Part shown: positions 41,939-51,543 of the stretch, one piece after another
Numbering within the stretch: position 1 is the first letter of the stretch
How the letters are laid out: each line of letters opens with the position of its first letter
Made by a program: the position numbers and the translations under genes
From: Candidatus Omnitrophota bacterium
Lineage (GTDB): Bacteria > Omnitrophota > Gorgyraeia > Gygaellales > Profunditerraquicolaceae
NCBI GenBank assembly: GCA_049517335.1
Contig: JBEKSD010000001.1
Location: 128,001-192,000, forward strand
Reading direction: 5' to 3'
Length of the DNA stretch: 64,000 bases
The notes under the pieces: generated by a model
The model's input: the letters and a program-made list of their open reading frames with translations, nothing else
The model's database searches: none
Told to the model about the DNA's origin: nothing

Positions 41939-42818
41939 GCTCATTGATGCGTTTTTAAATTATCTTTCGGTTGAGAGGGGGCTTGCAAATAATACAATAA
42001 TCTCCTATCGCAAGGACCTTAATTTTTATATGGATTTCCTTAGCGTAAACTATATTAAGGCTTTATCCGGGATTAAAAGGGATGATGTTACGAATTTTAT
42101 GTTTTCGCAAAAAGCCAAAGGGATTGCGGAGAATTCAATTGCAAGGCGGTTGGCTGCGATAAGGATGTTTCACAGGTTCCTAACAAGGGAGAGAATTTCC
42201 AATTCGGACCCTACGGCTATGGTGGATTCGCCTAAGTTATGGAAGAAAGTGCCCGACGCGCTTAGTTTAGCCGAGGTTGAAGCATTAATCGCCCAGCCGA
42301 ATATCCGCAACAGGCAGGGCTTAAGGGATAGGGCAATACTGGAGACGCTTTATGCCACGGGAATGCGGGTTTCTGAAGCGGTAAACCTGAAATTTGACGA
42401 TGTAAATCTGGATATCGGTTTCCTGCGCTGTACGGGGAAGGGGAATAAAGAAAGAGTGGTGCCTATCGGCTCAAAGGCGATTAACAGCATTAAGCGCTAT
42501 CTTCAGGACAGCCGAACGCACTTTTTAAAAAATCAAAAATCCGAATTCCTCTTCTTAAACCGTTTCGGTAAAAAAATATCCCGGCAGTCATTATGGAAGA
42601 TTTTAAAAAGATACGCCAAAGAGGCGAAGATAAATAAACCCATAAGGCCGCATATATTAAGGCATTCGTTTGCTACCCATTTATTGGAGAGGGGAGCGGA
42701 CCTGCGTTCGGTGCAGGAGATGCTTGGGCATTCAAATATTTCAACTACCCAGATTTATACGCATATAGACAAAAACAGGCTTAAAACAATACACAAACAA
42801 TTCCATCCGAGGCCGTAA
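41931..42818 (+). CDS. xerD: Tyrosine recombinase XerD
   Basis: ERGLANNT, LYATGMRVSE, PHILRHSFATHLL, LGHSNISTTQIYTH, C-terminal HPRP. Confidence 0.9.
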   Translation: MRELIDAFLNYLSVERGLANNTIISYRKDLNFYMDFLSVNYIKALSGIKRDDVTNFMFSQKAKGIAENSIARRLAAIRMFHRFLTRERISNSDPTAMVDSPKLWKKVPDALSLAEVEALIAQPNIRNRQGLRDRAILETLYATGMRVSEAVNLKFDDVNLDIGFLRCTGKGNKERVVPIGSKAINSIKRYLQDSRTHFLKNQKSEFLFLNRFGKKISRQSLWKILKRYAKEAKINKPIRPHILRHSFATHLLERGADLRSVQEMLGHSNISTTQIYTHIDKNRLKTIHKQFHPRP

Positions 42819-42819
42819 A

Positions 42820-44139
42820 ATGAAAGAATACCTTAAGAAATTATCCAATGAAATGCAGGGTATAATCCGGCTGGCCGCAGATACCGCCAAAAAGAATAAC
42901 CTGCGTGCTTATCTTGTGGGCGGATTCGTCAGAGACCTAATTTTAAATGCGGATAATCTTGATCTTGATATTGTTGTTGAGGGCGACGGCATAAAATTTG
43001 CCGAAGAATTAAGCGCCCTTTTGGGCCTAAAGTTGATCCGTAATAAGAAATTCGGCACAGCCACAATAGCGCTTGGGGTGCATTTAAAAGTTGATATAGC
43101 CAGCGCAAGGAGCGAAATCTATCCGTATCCCGCAAGCTTACCCGTTGTGAAGGCGGGAACCTTAAGAGAGGATTTATTCAGGAGGGATTTTACGATTAAC
43201 GCGATGGCTATAAGTATTAATCCTTCTGATTTCGGCGCCTTGATTGATTATTTTTCCGGTAAGTCTGATTTAGCTGCCGGTAGGATCAGGGTCTTGCATG
43301 ATTTAAGTTTTATTGATGACCCCACGCGGATACTGCGTGGCATCCGCTTTGAGCAGCGCTATGATTTTAAAGTCGAGCCCCATACGTTAAGCCTTTTAAA
43401 AGATGCAGTCAAACAAGGAAGCTTAAGCAGAGTAAGCCCACATAGAATACGCGATGAGTTAATCCTGATATTTAAAGAAAAAGACCCGCTAAAAGAAATC
43501 AGGCGCATCAGCCGTCTTACGGGATTTGATTTCATACATAAGAAAATGGCCGTTTCTTTAAAAACTTATAATTTACTAAGTTTTGTGCAGCAGGAGATTA
43601 ACTGGTTTAGTGAAACCTATCCTCGTCACCGGCGACTGGATATCTGGCTTATTTATTTTATGGCGCTGCTTGATAAACTCTCATCAAAAGAAACGCAAGG
43701 GCTTTGTAAGAAATTCGCTCTTAGGAGAGGGGAAGAAATAAGGATACTCAGCTTTAAAAGTACCGAATCCCGACTTCCATCCGGCCTTAATAAAAAAGGT
43801 CTGCTTTCTTCAGAGATATTTTATATGCTTGAGCCGTTAAGTTATGAAGTCATAATTTTACTGCTGGCAAAATATAAAACCTCTAAACTCCTGAAGAATA
43901 TCAAAGTATTTTTTGACGCCCTAAACGGCACGCGCATATTTACTTCCGGCCATGACCTGCGCAGGCTTGGGGTAACGCCGGGGCCGGCATACCAGGAATT
44001 ATTCGCCAAGGTGCTGGAAGCTAAACTCAACGGAAAAGTTTCCACTAAAATAGAAGAATTGGAATTAATCAGGAAGTTGGTTAAGCAAAACAAAAGACAG
44101 AATAAGAAAAGGGAGTTGATCTATGGCGCGACGGGATAA
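42820..44139 (+). CDS. tRNA nucleotidyltransferase (class II, probably A-adding type)
   Basis: VGGFVRD, DLDIVVEG, RRDFTINAMA, SFIDDPTRILRGIRFEQR. Confidence 0.9.
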   Translation: MKEYLKKLSNEMQGIIRLAADTAKKNNLRAYLVGGFVRDLILNADNLDLDIVVEGDGIKFAEELSALLGLKLIRNKKFGTATIALGVHLKVDIASARSEIYPYPASLPVVKAGTLREDLFRRDFTINAMAISINPSDFGALIDYFSGKSDLAAGRIRVLHDLSFIDDPTRILRGIRFEQRYDFKVEPHTLSLLKDAVKQGSLSRVSPHRIRDELILIFKEKDPLKEIRRISRLTGFDFIHKKMAVSLKTYNLLSFVQQEINWFSETYPRHRRLDIWLIYFMALLDKLSSKETQGLCKKFALRRGEEIRILSFKSTESRLPSGLNKKGLLSSEIFYMLEPLSYEVIILLLAKYKTSKLLKNIKVFFDALNGTRIFTSGHDLRRLGVTPGPAYQELFAKVLEAKLNGKVSTKIEELELIRKLVKQNKRQNKKRELIYGATG

Positions 44140-44563
44140 AGTTGCAGAAGCAATAAGGGAGGAAGCAAGCCTTATTCTACATGATAAGTTAAAGGACCCG
44201 CGTTTAGGGTTCGTAACCATAACCGGGGTGGAGGTCGCTCCCGATTTAAGGAACGCCAAGATATTCTTCAGCGTCCTCGGAAACGAAGAAGATTACACTA
44301 AAACACAAGAGGCGCTTGATTCAGCACTTGGGTATATCCGTAAATTGATTTCCGAGAGGATAAACCTGAAATTTGCCCCGGAAATAATTTTCAGGCAGGA
44401 CCGTTCAAGCGAATATAGCGTGCGTATTCAGGAACTGCTGGATGAGGTAAAGCAAGTGGATGAGGGCAGGCAACAAAATCAACCCGAGAAACCCGCCAAA
44501 AAGAAGAGAAAGGCAGCCGAAATTGAGCCTAAAAAAAGCAGTAGAAACAATAAGAAAAAATAA
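44123..44563 (+). CDS. rbfA: Ribosome-binding factor A
   Basis: KDPRLGFVTIT, DLRNAKIF, FAPEIIF..D.S. Confidence 0.95.
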   Translation: MARRDKVAEAIREEASLILHDKLKDPRLGFVTITGVEVAPDLRNAKIFFSVLGNEEDYTKTQEALDSALGYIRKLISERINLKFAPEIIFRQDRSSEYSVRIQELLDEVKQVDEGRQQNQPEKPAKKKRKAAEIEPKKSSRNNKKK

Positions 44564-45491
44564 GAGTTTTCTGATAACCGCCCACACTAATCCTGAAGGT
44601 GATGCTTTGGGTTCGGAACTTGCATTTTATCTTCTCTTAAGGAAGCTCGGAAAAGAAGCGGTTATTGTAAATGAGGATAGCGCCCTTTATGGTTATGAAT
44701 TCCTGCCCGGAATTGACAACATAAGAAGATATAAGAGCGAGAGCCAGAAATTTAATTTTGATTGTTTTGTTACTTTAGATTCTTCTGATTTGAAACGCAC
44801 GGGCGAGGTCTACCGTTTAAATTGCAATAATAAGCCTGTCTTTAATATTGACCATCATATAAGCAATACTAAGTTCGGCAATGTGAACTGGGTTGAACCC
44901 GGAGCTTCCTCCTGTTCCGAAATGATCTACCGGCTCTACAAGGCGATGAAAGTCGGGATAGACAAAGATGCGGCCCTGGCTTTATATACTGGAATACTTA
45001 CGGATACAGGCTCATTCCGTTATTCCAATACTTCAAGTTTTACGCACCATGCGGTTGCGGAGTTACTGAAATACGGAATTGACGTCCCTGAGGTTTACAA
45101 GTGCGCCTATGAGAATATCCCTTTTGAAGATATGAAACTTCTGATTAAAATTTTGCCCGAGATAAAGAGATGCGTTAAGGGAAAATTAATCTGGTTTCAG
45201 GTGCCTCATAACTTACTTAAGAGAAATAAGGTATCTTTTGATTTGGCCGAGCATCTTTTAACGTTTGGCCGGGAGATAAAGGGTGTTGATGTGGTGGCGC
45301 TTTTTAAGGAAAATTTAGGTGTTAAAGATGAAATAAGGGTAAACCTGCGCTCGCAGAGCAGAGTTGATGTTAATGAAATAGCTTCTTATTTTGGCGGGGG
45401 AGGCCATAAGGCGGCAGCGGGAATTACTATTCGCGGTAAAATAGATGAAATCCGCCGCAAAGTTCTGGCTAAAATTAAAGAGGCCCTATGA
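44523..45491 (+). CDS. nrnA: DHH/DHHA1 oligoribonuclease / pAp phosphatase NrnA (probable TTG start)
   Basis: HTNPEGDALGS, IDHH, TDTGSF, GGGGH. Follows rbfA. Confidence 0.9.
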   Translation: MSLKKAVETIRKNKSFLITAHTNPEGDALGSELAFYLLLRKLGKEAVIVNEDSALYGYEFLPGIDNIRRYKSESQKFNFDCFVTLDSSDLKRTGEVYRLNCNNKPVFNIDHHISNTKFGNVNWVEPGASSCSEMIYRLYKAMKVGIDKDAALALYTGILTDTGSFRYSNTSSFTHHAVAELLKYGIDVPEVYKCAYENIPFEDMKLLIKILPEIKRCVKGKLIWFQVPHNLLKRNKVSFDLAEHLLTFGREIKGVDVVALFKENLGVKDEIRVNLRSQSRVDVNEIASYFGGGGHKAAAGITIRGKIDEIRRKVLAKIKEAL

Positions 45492-46399
45492 AGGTTATAC
45501 GCGGCATTAAAAATATTAAGGGAATTAAGAAGTCGGTGGTGGCAATTGGTGTTTTTGACGGCGTGCATTGCGGTCATATCAATATCATAAGAAACGTGGT
45601 TAAGCAGGCGCGTAAAATCAGCGGTAAGAGCGTTGTCGTAACATTCCTGCCTCATCCTCAGAAAGAACCCAGCCTCTATTCGTTAGACCACCGTTTAAGG
45701 CTTATTGCCGGGCAGGGGATAAATATTTGTGTGGTAGTTGATTTTGACCGGAAATTCGCTTCAATCCCGGCTAAAAATTTTATAAAAGACGTACTGTTTA
45801 AGAAACTTGGGGCAAAGTATATTTTTGTGGGCAGTAATTTTCGTTTCGGCAAATACGCAAAAGGCAACATTGATACCTTAAATAAATTTGGCCCGGTTTA
45901 TGGTTTCAAGGTCAAGGTCTTTAAGGTAATCCGTAAAGAAGGCCTTGCCGTAAGCAGTACGCTCATCCGGACATTGATAAAAAAAGGTGAACTTGATAAA
46001 GCGGAAAATTTACTGACCCGGCCGGTTTCCGTATTAGGCACTGTAATTAAGGGGGCATCTTTAGCCCGGCAGATGGGAGTGCCCACGGCAAATATTAATC
46101 CGCACCATGAAGTTACTCCGGGCGCGGGTATTTATGCGGTGCGCGTATTCCTGAATGATAAAAAATATTCCGGCGCCTGTTATATCGGCCGCAAGCCCAC
46201 GTTCAATATTACAAAAGACAGACATATAGAAGTGTATATATTTAATTTTAACCGGGATATTTATGGTAAGGATTTGGAAATCCAGTTTTTAAAGAAGATC
46301 AGGAATGGCAAAAAGTTCAGTTCGCTGCCGGCTTTGGCCTGCCAGATAAAGAAAGATATCCGCAAAGTTACACAATATCTATCTACCCGAACCCCCTAA
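45488..46399 (+). CDS. ribF: Riboflavin kinase / FAD synthetase
   Basis: GVFDGVHCGH, FRFG, SSTLIR, PTAN, HIEVY. Confidence 0.95.
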   Translation: MKVIRGIKNIKGIKKSVVAIGVFDGVHCGHINIIRNVVKQARKISGKSVVVTFLPHPQKEPSLYSLDHRLRLIAGQGINICVVVDFDRKFASIPAKNFIKDVLFKKLGAKYIFVGSNFRFGKYAKGNIDTLNKFGPVYGFKVKVFKVIRKEGLAVSSTLIRTLIKKGELDKAENLLTRPVSVLGTVIKGASLARQMGVPTANINPHHEVTPGAGIYAVRVFLNDKKYSGACYIGRKPTFNITKDRHIEVYIFNFNRDIYGKDLEIQFLKKIRNGKKFSSLPALACQIKKDIRKVTQYLSTRTP

Positions 46400-46443
46400 A
46401 TACACTACCTATTGTAATTTAATAATTTAGGTAAATTTTTTTC

Positions 46444-46472
46444 TTGACAAACAGCCTCAATTTTACTAAAAT
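46444..46472 (+). promoter_or_regulatory. dcw (mraZ) promoter
   Basis: TTGACA, 17 nt spacer, TAAAAT. Confidence 0.7.
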
Positions 46473-46480
46473 CAATCTAC

Positions 46481-46510
46481 AAAGTGGTTTAAAGTGGAGT
46501 AAAGTGGTTA
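46481..46510 (+). promoter_or_regulatory. MraZ binding repeats
   Basis: AAAGTGGTTT AAAGTGGAGT AAAGTGGTTA: three GTGG boxes at a 10-bp period upstream of mraZ. Confidence 0.85.
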
Positions 46511-46647
46511 AGCACATAAGTTATGGAGCTTGCTATTAAATTAGCTCTAAACGACATAACTTATGTGTGCGAAGCCATCCTTGACAGTTTACTTTATAAA
46601 GTATACTAATAGAAAATGTCAAGGATAGTCAAGAGGAGTATTTCTTC

Positions 46648-47085
46648 ATGTTTTACGGCGAATATCAACATTCCATAGACCGTAAAGGCCGTCTTATTCT
46701 ACCCGCCAAATTCCGCGAGGGAGCCAAAGCACATTTTATTGAGCGGTTCTTTGTAACGCGCGGACTGGATAAATGTTTGTTTATGCTTTCGGAAGAAGAG
46801 TGGCGCTCTCAAGAAAATAAACTTAAATCCATGCCTTTTACCAGGCAGCAGTCCCGCATCTTTAACCGCCTTTATTTCTCAGGGGCAATAGAAGTGGTTC
46901 CGGATTCCCAAGGAAGAATCCTACTCCCGCAGAATTTAAAAGATTACGCCGAGATTAAAAGGGAAGTCGTTGTGGTGGGAGTTTCTAACAGGATTGAGAT
47001 TTGGGCAAAGAACAAGTGGGATGAATTTTATTCAAATTCGCGGGAATCCTATGAAGAGATTTCCGAGAAGCTGATGGAAATATAG
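46648..47085 (+). CDS. mraZ: Transcriptional regulator MraZ
   Basis: MFYGEYQHSIDRKGR, DSQGRI, RIEIW. Confidence 0.97.
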   Translation: MFYGEYQHSIDRKGRLILPAKFREGAKAHFIERFFVTRGLDKCLFMLSEEEWRSQENKLKSMPFTRQQSRIFNRLYFSGAIEVVPDSQGRILLPQNLKDYAEIKREVVVVGVSNRIEIWAKNKWDEFYSNSRESYEEISEKLMEI

Positions 47086-47090
47086 TTTTT

Positions 47091-47990
47091 ATGGAAGTTA
47101 AATATCACGTTCCAGTAATGCTGGAAGAAGTAATAGATTATTTGAAGCTTCAGCCCGGGATGACGATAGTGGATGCAACAATGGGGACCGGCGGCCACAG
47201 TATGGCGGTTATGGAACGTATCATGCCGGGGGGACGGTTAATCGGGATTGACCGGGACAAAGAGTCGCTTGAGGTCTGTCGCCGTAGGTTCAAAGATTAC
47301 AGCACGGCGTGCGAATTCGTACATGCTAACTTTATTGATTTAGACTTGGTATTAAAAAATATGAGCATTAATAAAATTGACGGCATACTTTTTGATTTAG
47401 GTATTTCTTCTTTTCAGTTAGCGGATGCGCAAAGGGGCTTTAGTTTTCAGAATGCCGGGCCGTTAGATATGCGCCTCGACAGGGAAAGCTATATTTCAGC
47501 CTATGACTTGGTAAATAACCTGAATGAAGAGGAAATTTCAGGGTTACTATGGGCATTCGGAGAAGAACGCTGGCACAATAGGATTGCCCATCTCCTGGTG
47601 CAGGAAAGGGAGAGGCAGCCCATTTCTACTACGGAGCAATTGGCGAATATCGTCGAGCGGTCCATCCCATACAGGTACAGGCACAGATATTACCGTATTC
47701 ACCCTGCGACCCGGACATTTCAGGCGGTGCGCATCGCCGTTAACAGGGAGCTGGAAATTTTAGAGGAAGCAATAAATAAGGCAATTGATTTTCTGCACGG
47801 AAGATGTAGGATATGCGTTATTTCGTTTCATTCTTTGGAGGACAGGCAGGTAAAGCATGCATTCCGCAAAGCGGCATTTGACGGTTTGATAAATATAATA
47901 ACTAACAAGCCGCTAACTCCCGGGATGGGTGAAATCCAGGCGAACCCTTCCAGCCGTAGTTCCAAGCTGAGGGTTGCAGAAAGATTATAA
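47091..47990 (+). CDS. rsmH: 16S rRNA m4C1402 methyltransferase
   Basis: HVPVML, DATMGTGGH, DLGISSFQ, HPATRTFQA, FHSLEDR. Confidence 0.97.
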   Translation: MEVKYHVPVMLEEVIDYLKLQPGMTIVDATMGTGGHSMAVMERIMPGGRLIGIDRDKESLEVCRRRFKDYSTACEFVHANFIDLDLVLKNMSINKIDGILFDLGISSFQLADAQRGFSFQNAGPLDMRLDRESYISAYDLVNNLNEEEISGLLWAFGEERWHNRIAHLLVQERERQPISTTEQLANIVERSIPYRYRHRYYRIHPATRTFQAVRIAVNRELEILEEAINKAIDFLHGRCRICVISFHSLEDRQVKHAFRKAAFDGLINIITNKPLTPGMGEIQANPSSRSSKLRVAERL

Positions 47991-47991
47991 G

Positions 47992-48363
47992 ATGATGAGA
48001 ATATCCAGATTTGTCACGGTAGTCAGCTTCATTACTTGTTTTTCCCTCCTTTACGTTTACCAACAATCTGAAATCTTCCGCCTCGCTTATGTAGGCCAAA
48101 AAAATCAGGTATCTTTTCAGGATTTACTTGATAAGAACACCATTCTAAGATACAATATAGAAAGAAATGCCTCACTTATCTCTATCGGGAATAAGATCTC
48201 AAAGGAAAAAGATTTCCAGATGCCTGACAGTTACCGTCTGGTAAAGTTATCTCCGACAAAAGAAGGCTTTAGGATTAGTCCGGAAAGTCCCTCAAAGCAG
48301 ACGCTTATAGCCAGGATTTTCGGGATAAGAAGCCAGGCTGAGGCAGAAATAATCAATCCATAA
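47992..48363 (+). CDS. ftsL: Putative FtsL
   Basis: Position between rsmH and ftsI. N-terminal transmembrane helix followed by a coiled coil. Confidence 0.6.
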   Translation: MMRISRFVTVVSFITCFSLLYVYQQSEIFRLAYVGQKNQVSFQDLLDKNTILRYNIERNASLISIGNKISKEKDFQMPDSYRLVKLSPTKEGFRISPESPSKQTLIARIFGIRSQAEAEIINP

Positions 48364-48413
48364 AATACAGAATTTAATAACAATATTTTCATAGCAATTA
48401 CGAACTGCTGACT

Positions 48414-50144
48414 GTGTATATAAATAATTATCGCCGTAGAAGCGAGGCGGTATTTTTATTTTTTCTCCTGTTGTTGTTAATTTTCATCCTGCGTCTTTTG
48501 TTCATCCAGTTTTTTCGCTCAAGCTACCTTTCCGCGATAGCCGATAAACAGCATAATTTATTCGTTGAGCTTGAACCCGTAAGGGGTACTATCTATGACT
48601 GCCGGCACCGGCCTCAAGGCATTAACCTACCTGCCGAATCCCTCTATGCGTCGCCCAATGAAATAAAAGATAATGACAAAGATGCGATTATAAAGAAACT
48701 TACCCCCTTATTTGAAGCCGATTACGCTTACCTGAAAGAAAAGCTCGACAAAAAAAAGTCATTTGTATGGCTGTATCGTAAACTTACTCCCGAACAGTCG
48801 CTGGCGATTAAAAAATTGAATATCAAAGGGCTGGGGTTCATAAAAGAAAGCAGGCGTACTTACCCCAACAGTTACCTGGCCAGCCATGTTTTAGGTTTCG
48901 CCGGTCTTGATAATACCGGCCTGGAAGGAACGGAACTTTACCGGGATAAATATTTAAAAGGGATAGCGGGCTGGGCAGTGTTTTTAAGGGATGCCCGCCA
49001 GAAACGGCTTGATTTGTGGCGCAAGATGGTCCTGCCGAGGGACGGGTTGAATTTAACATTGACTATTGATGAGGTAATCCAATATATCGCGGAAAGAGAA
49101 CTGGATAAGGCATTCAGGGCTTATCACGCCAAAGGCGCAAGCATTATCGTGATGGACCCGCATACGGGAGCGATACTTGCGCTTGCCAACCGGCCTACCT
49201 ATGATTTGAATAACCATTCTAATGTGAATAAGGATATGACCCGGGACCGCGCAATCTGCGATATGTTTGAACCGGGCTCGGTTTTTAAGATCGTTACCGC
49301 GTCTGCGGCTCTGGAAGAGAATAAAGTACGCGAGGAAGACAGGTTTTTTTGTGAAAATGGCGCTTATCGTTTCGGCGCTCATCTTTTGCATGACCACACC
49401 CCCCACGGCTGGCTCACCTTTAGGGAAGTTATCGAACAATCCAGCAATATCGGGACGGTAAAAGTCGCTTTATTGCTTGGACCTGAGGTAGTTTACCGCT
49501 ACGCGAAGCTATTCGGTTTCGGCACAAAAACAGGCATTGATTTGCCTGGAGAAATTAACGGACTACTTAGGCCGGTACACCAATGGTCAAAAATGTCTAT
49601 CAGTTCGGTCCCGATAGGGCAGGAAGTAGGCGTTACGGCAATACAACTTGCCGCGGCAATTTCAGTGATTGCCAACGGAGGGCAGTTAATGAAGCCCTAC
49701 ATTTTAGAGGAGGTCCGGGATAAAGAGGGGCAGCTCATTAAGCGCACCTCTCCTGTTTTGATGCATAAAGTAATTTCCGTTGATACGGCATCCCGGATGA
49801 AGAAGATGCTCACCGGGGTTGTGGAGGAAGGGACGGGCAAGCTGGCCAAACTTATTGGCTTTAGCGCCGCCGGGAAAACAGGTACCGCGCAGAAGCTAGA
49901 ACCCAACGGAACATATTCGCACAATAAATTCGTAGCTACATTTATGGGTTTTGCCCCGGCGGAAGATCCGCTGGTAACGATAGTTGTTACCCTGGATGAG
50001 CCGTACCCGTATTACGGAGGCGTGGTCGCGGCCCCCGTATTTAAAAATGTCGCAGGAGACGTCATCAGGTACCTTAAAACGACTCAAAACCAACAGGCTC
50101 AAAGGTACATTTATACTTTAGATGAAATTAACAAAGCTGATTAA
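48414..50144 (+). CDS. ftsI: Class B penicillin-binding protein (FtsI/PBP3)
   Basis: RGTIYD, SVFK (SxxK), SSN (SxN), KTGTAQ. Confidence 0.93.
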   Translation: MYINNYRRRSEAVFLFFLLLLLIFILRLLFIQFFRSSYLSAIADKQHNLFVELEPVRGTIYDCRHRPQGINLPAESLYASPNEIKDNDKDAIIKKLTPLFEADYAYLKEKLDKKKSFVWLYRKLTPEQSLAIKKLNIKGLGFIKESRRTYPNSYLASHVLGFAGLDNTGLEGTELYRDKYLKGIAGWAVFLRDARQKRLDLWRKMVLPRDGLNLTLTIDEVIQYIAERELDKAFRAYHAKGASIIVMDPHTGAILALANRPTYDLNNHSNVNKDMTRDRAICDMFEPGSVFKIVTASAALEENKVREEDRFFCENGAYRFGAHLLHDHTPHGWLTFREVIEQSSNIGTVKVALLLGPEVVYRYAKLFGFGTKTGIDLPGEINGLLRPVHQWSKMSISSVPIGQEVGVTAIQLAAAISVIANGGQLMKPYILEEVRDKEGQLIKRTSPVLMHKVISVDTASRMKKMLTGVVEEGTGKLAKLIGFSAAGKTGTAQKLEPNGTYSHNKFVATFMGFAPAEDPLVTIVVTLDEPYPYYGGVVAAPVFKNVAGDVIRYLKTTQNQQAQRYIYTLDEINKAD

Positions 50145-51543
50145 GAAAGCTAAATTATCTCTTTCTCTGCCTGAAACCAGGGACTTTACTGTGCGGGGCA
50201 TCACCTGTAATTCCGGGCAGGTAAAAAAGGGTTTTGTCTTTATAGCCATAAAAGGGTGCAGTAACGACGGAACCAGATTTATTCATCAAGCGCTGAAAAA
50301 CGGGGCCGGAGCCGTAATTTCTCCTTTGACAGTGCCGCCTGAGATAAATACCCGTTTAATTGCGGCAAAGCTTGCAGCGGAGTTTTACGCTAACCCTTCC
50401 GCTAAAATCAGGGTCGTAGGGATTACCGGAACGAATGGAAAGACAACGGTATCGTATCTTTTGGAAAGAGTACTAAAAGAAGCACTGAAAAATCCCGCAG
50501 TAATCGGTACGATTAATTACCGTTTTAATAAAAGGATAATCCCTTCAAATAATACCACCCCCGGTCCGGTAGACCTGCAGCATATGCTTAGCCGTATGCT
50601 AAAAGGAAAAGTTACTCATTGTGTTATGGAAGTTTCATCGCACGCTTTGGATCAGGAGAGGGTTAAGGGAATAGGTTTTAGTTCCGCTATATTTACGAAC
50701 CTCACAAGCGACCATCTTGATTACCATAAAACTTTATCTGGCTATTTCAAGGCAAAAGCAAAGCTGTTTAAGGAATTGGATAGAAAAGCATTCGCCGTGA
50801 TAAATAACGACGATAAATATGCGCGTTTCCTTAAGAAAATATGCGCCGCTAAGGTTATCACCTACGGAATAAATAAAAGTTCATCGGTGATGGCGCGCAA
50901 TATAAAATTTAATCCTTCATCTACGGAATTTATCCTGAAGATTCCCCGAAAAGAACTTTTAATCAAAACTAAACTTATCGGTAGGCATAATGTCTATAAT
51001 GTCCTTAGCGTAATTGCCTGGGCATTAAACGAAGGAATAAAATTCTCCCATATAAAACGCGCGATTGAAGGGTTTGACTTCGTGCCGGGCAGGCTTGAAA
51101 GGGTGGAATGTAAAAAAGGGTTTTCGGTTTTTGTGGATTACGCCCATACCGAAGATGCCCTAAGGAACATAATCCGGTCTTTAAGGCAGGTCTCTAAAGG
51201 AAGGATTATTGTTGTCTTTGGCTGCGGAGGAGACCGCGATAAAATAAAGAGGCCGAAGATGGGCAAGACCGTAACGGAACTGGCGGATTATGCCTTGATT
51301 ACCAGCGATAATCCCCGCTCGGAAGACCCCGCAGAGATAGCCCGCGATATTATAAAAGGCATACGCAAAAAAAATTATGCCGTAATCCTGCAGCGCAGGG
51401 ATGCGATAAAGAAATCTCTTGTATTGGCAAAAAACGGCGATATCGTATTGATTGCCGGCAAGGGCCATGAAACTTATCAGGTAATAAAAGATAAAAAAAT
51501 CCATTTTGACGACAGGAAAGTGGTTAAATCATGTTTAAAGTAA
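50122..51543 (+). CDS. murE: UDP-MurNAc-dipeptide--meso-DAP ligase
   Basis: GITGTNGKTT, MEVSSH, VDYAHT, and the DAP-type DNPR motif. Confidence 0.96.
   Translation: MKLTKLIKKAKLSLSLPETRDFTVRGITCNSGQVKKGFVFIAIKGCSNDGTRFIHQALKNGAGAVISPLTVPPEINTRLIAAKLAAEFYANPSAKIRVVGITGTNGKTTVSYLLERVLKEALKNPAVIGTINYRFNKRIIPSNNTTPGPVDLQHMLSRMLKGKVTHCVMEVSSHALDQERVKGIGFSSAIFTNLTSDHLDYHKTLSGYFKAKAKLFKELDRKAFAVINNDDKYARFLKKICAAKVITYGINKSSSVMARNIKFNPSSTEFILKIPRKELLIKTKLIGRHNVYNVLSVIAWALNEGIKFSHIKRAIEGFDFVPGRLERVECKKGFSVFVDYAHTEDALRNIIRSLRQVSKGRIIVVFGCGGDRDKIKRPKMGKTVTELADYALITSDNPRSEDPAEIARDIIKGIRKKNYAVILQRRDAIKKSLVLAKNGDIVLIAGKGHETYQVIKDKKIHFDDRKVVKSCLK

Noticed and set aside
46481-46510. 10-bp direct repeats as a CRISPR or novel repeat
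   Set aside because: They are explained as MraZ GTGG boxes and have no spacers.
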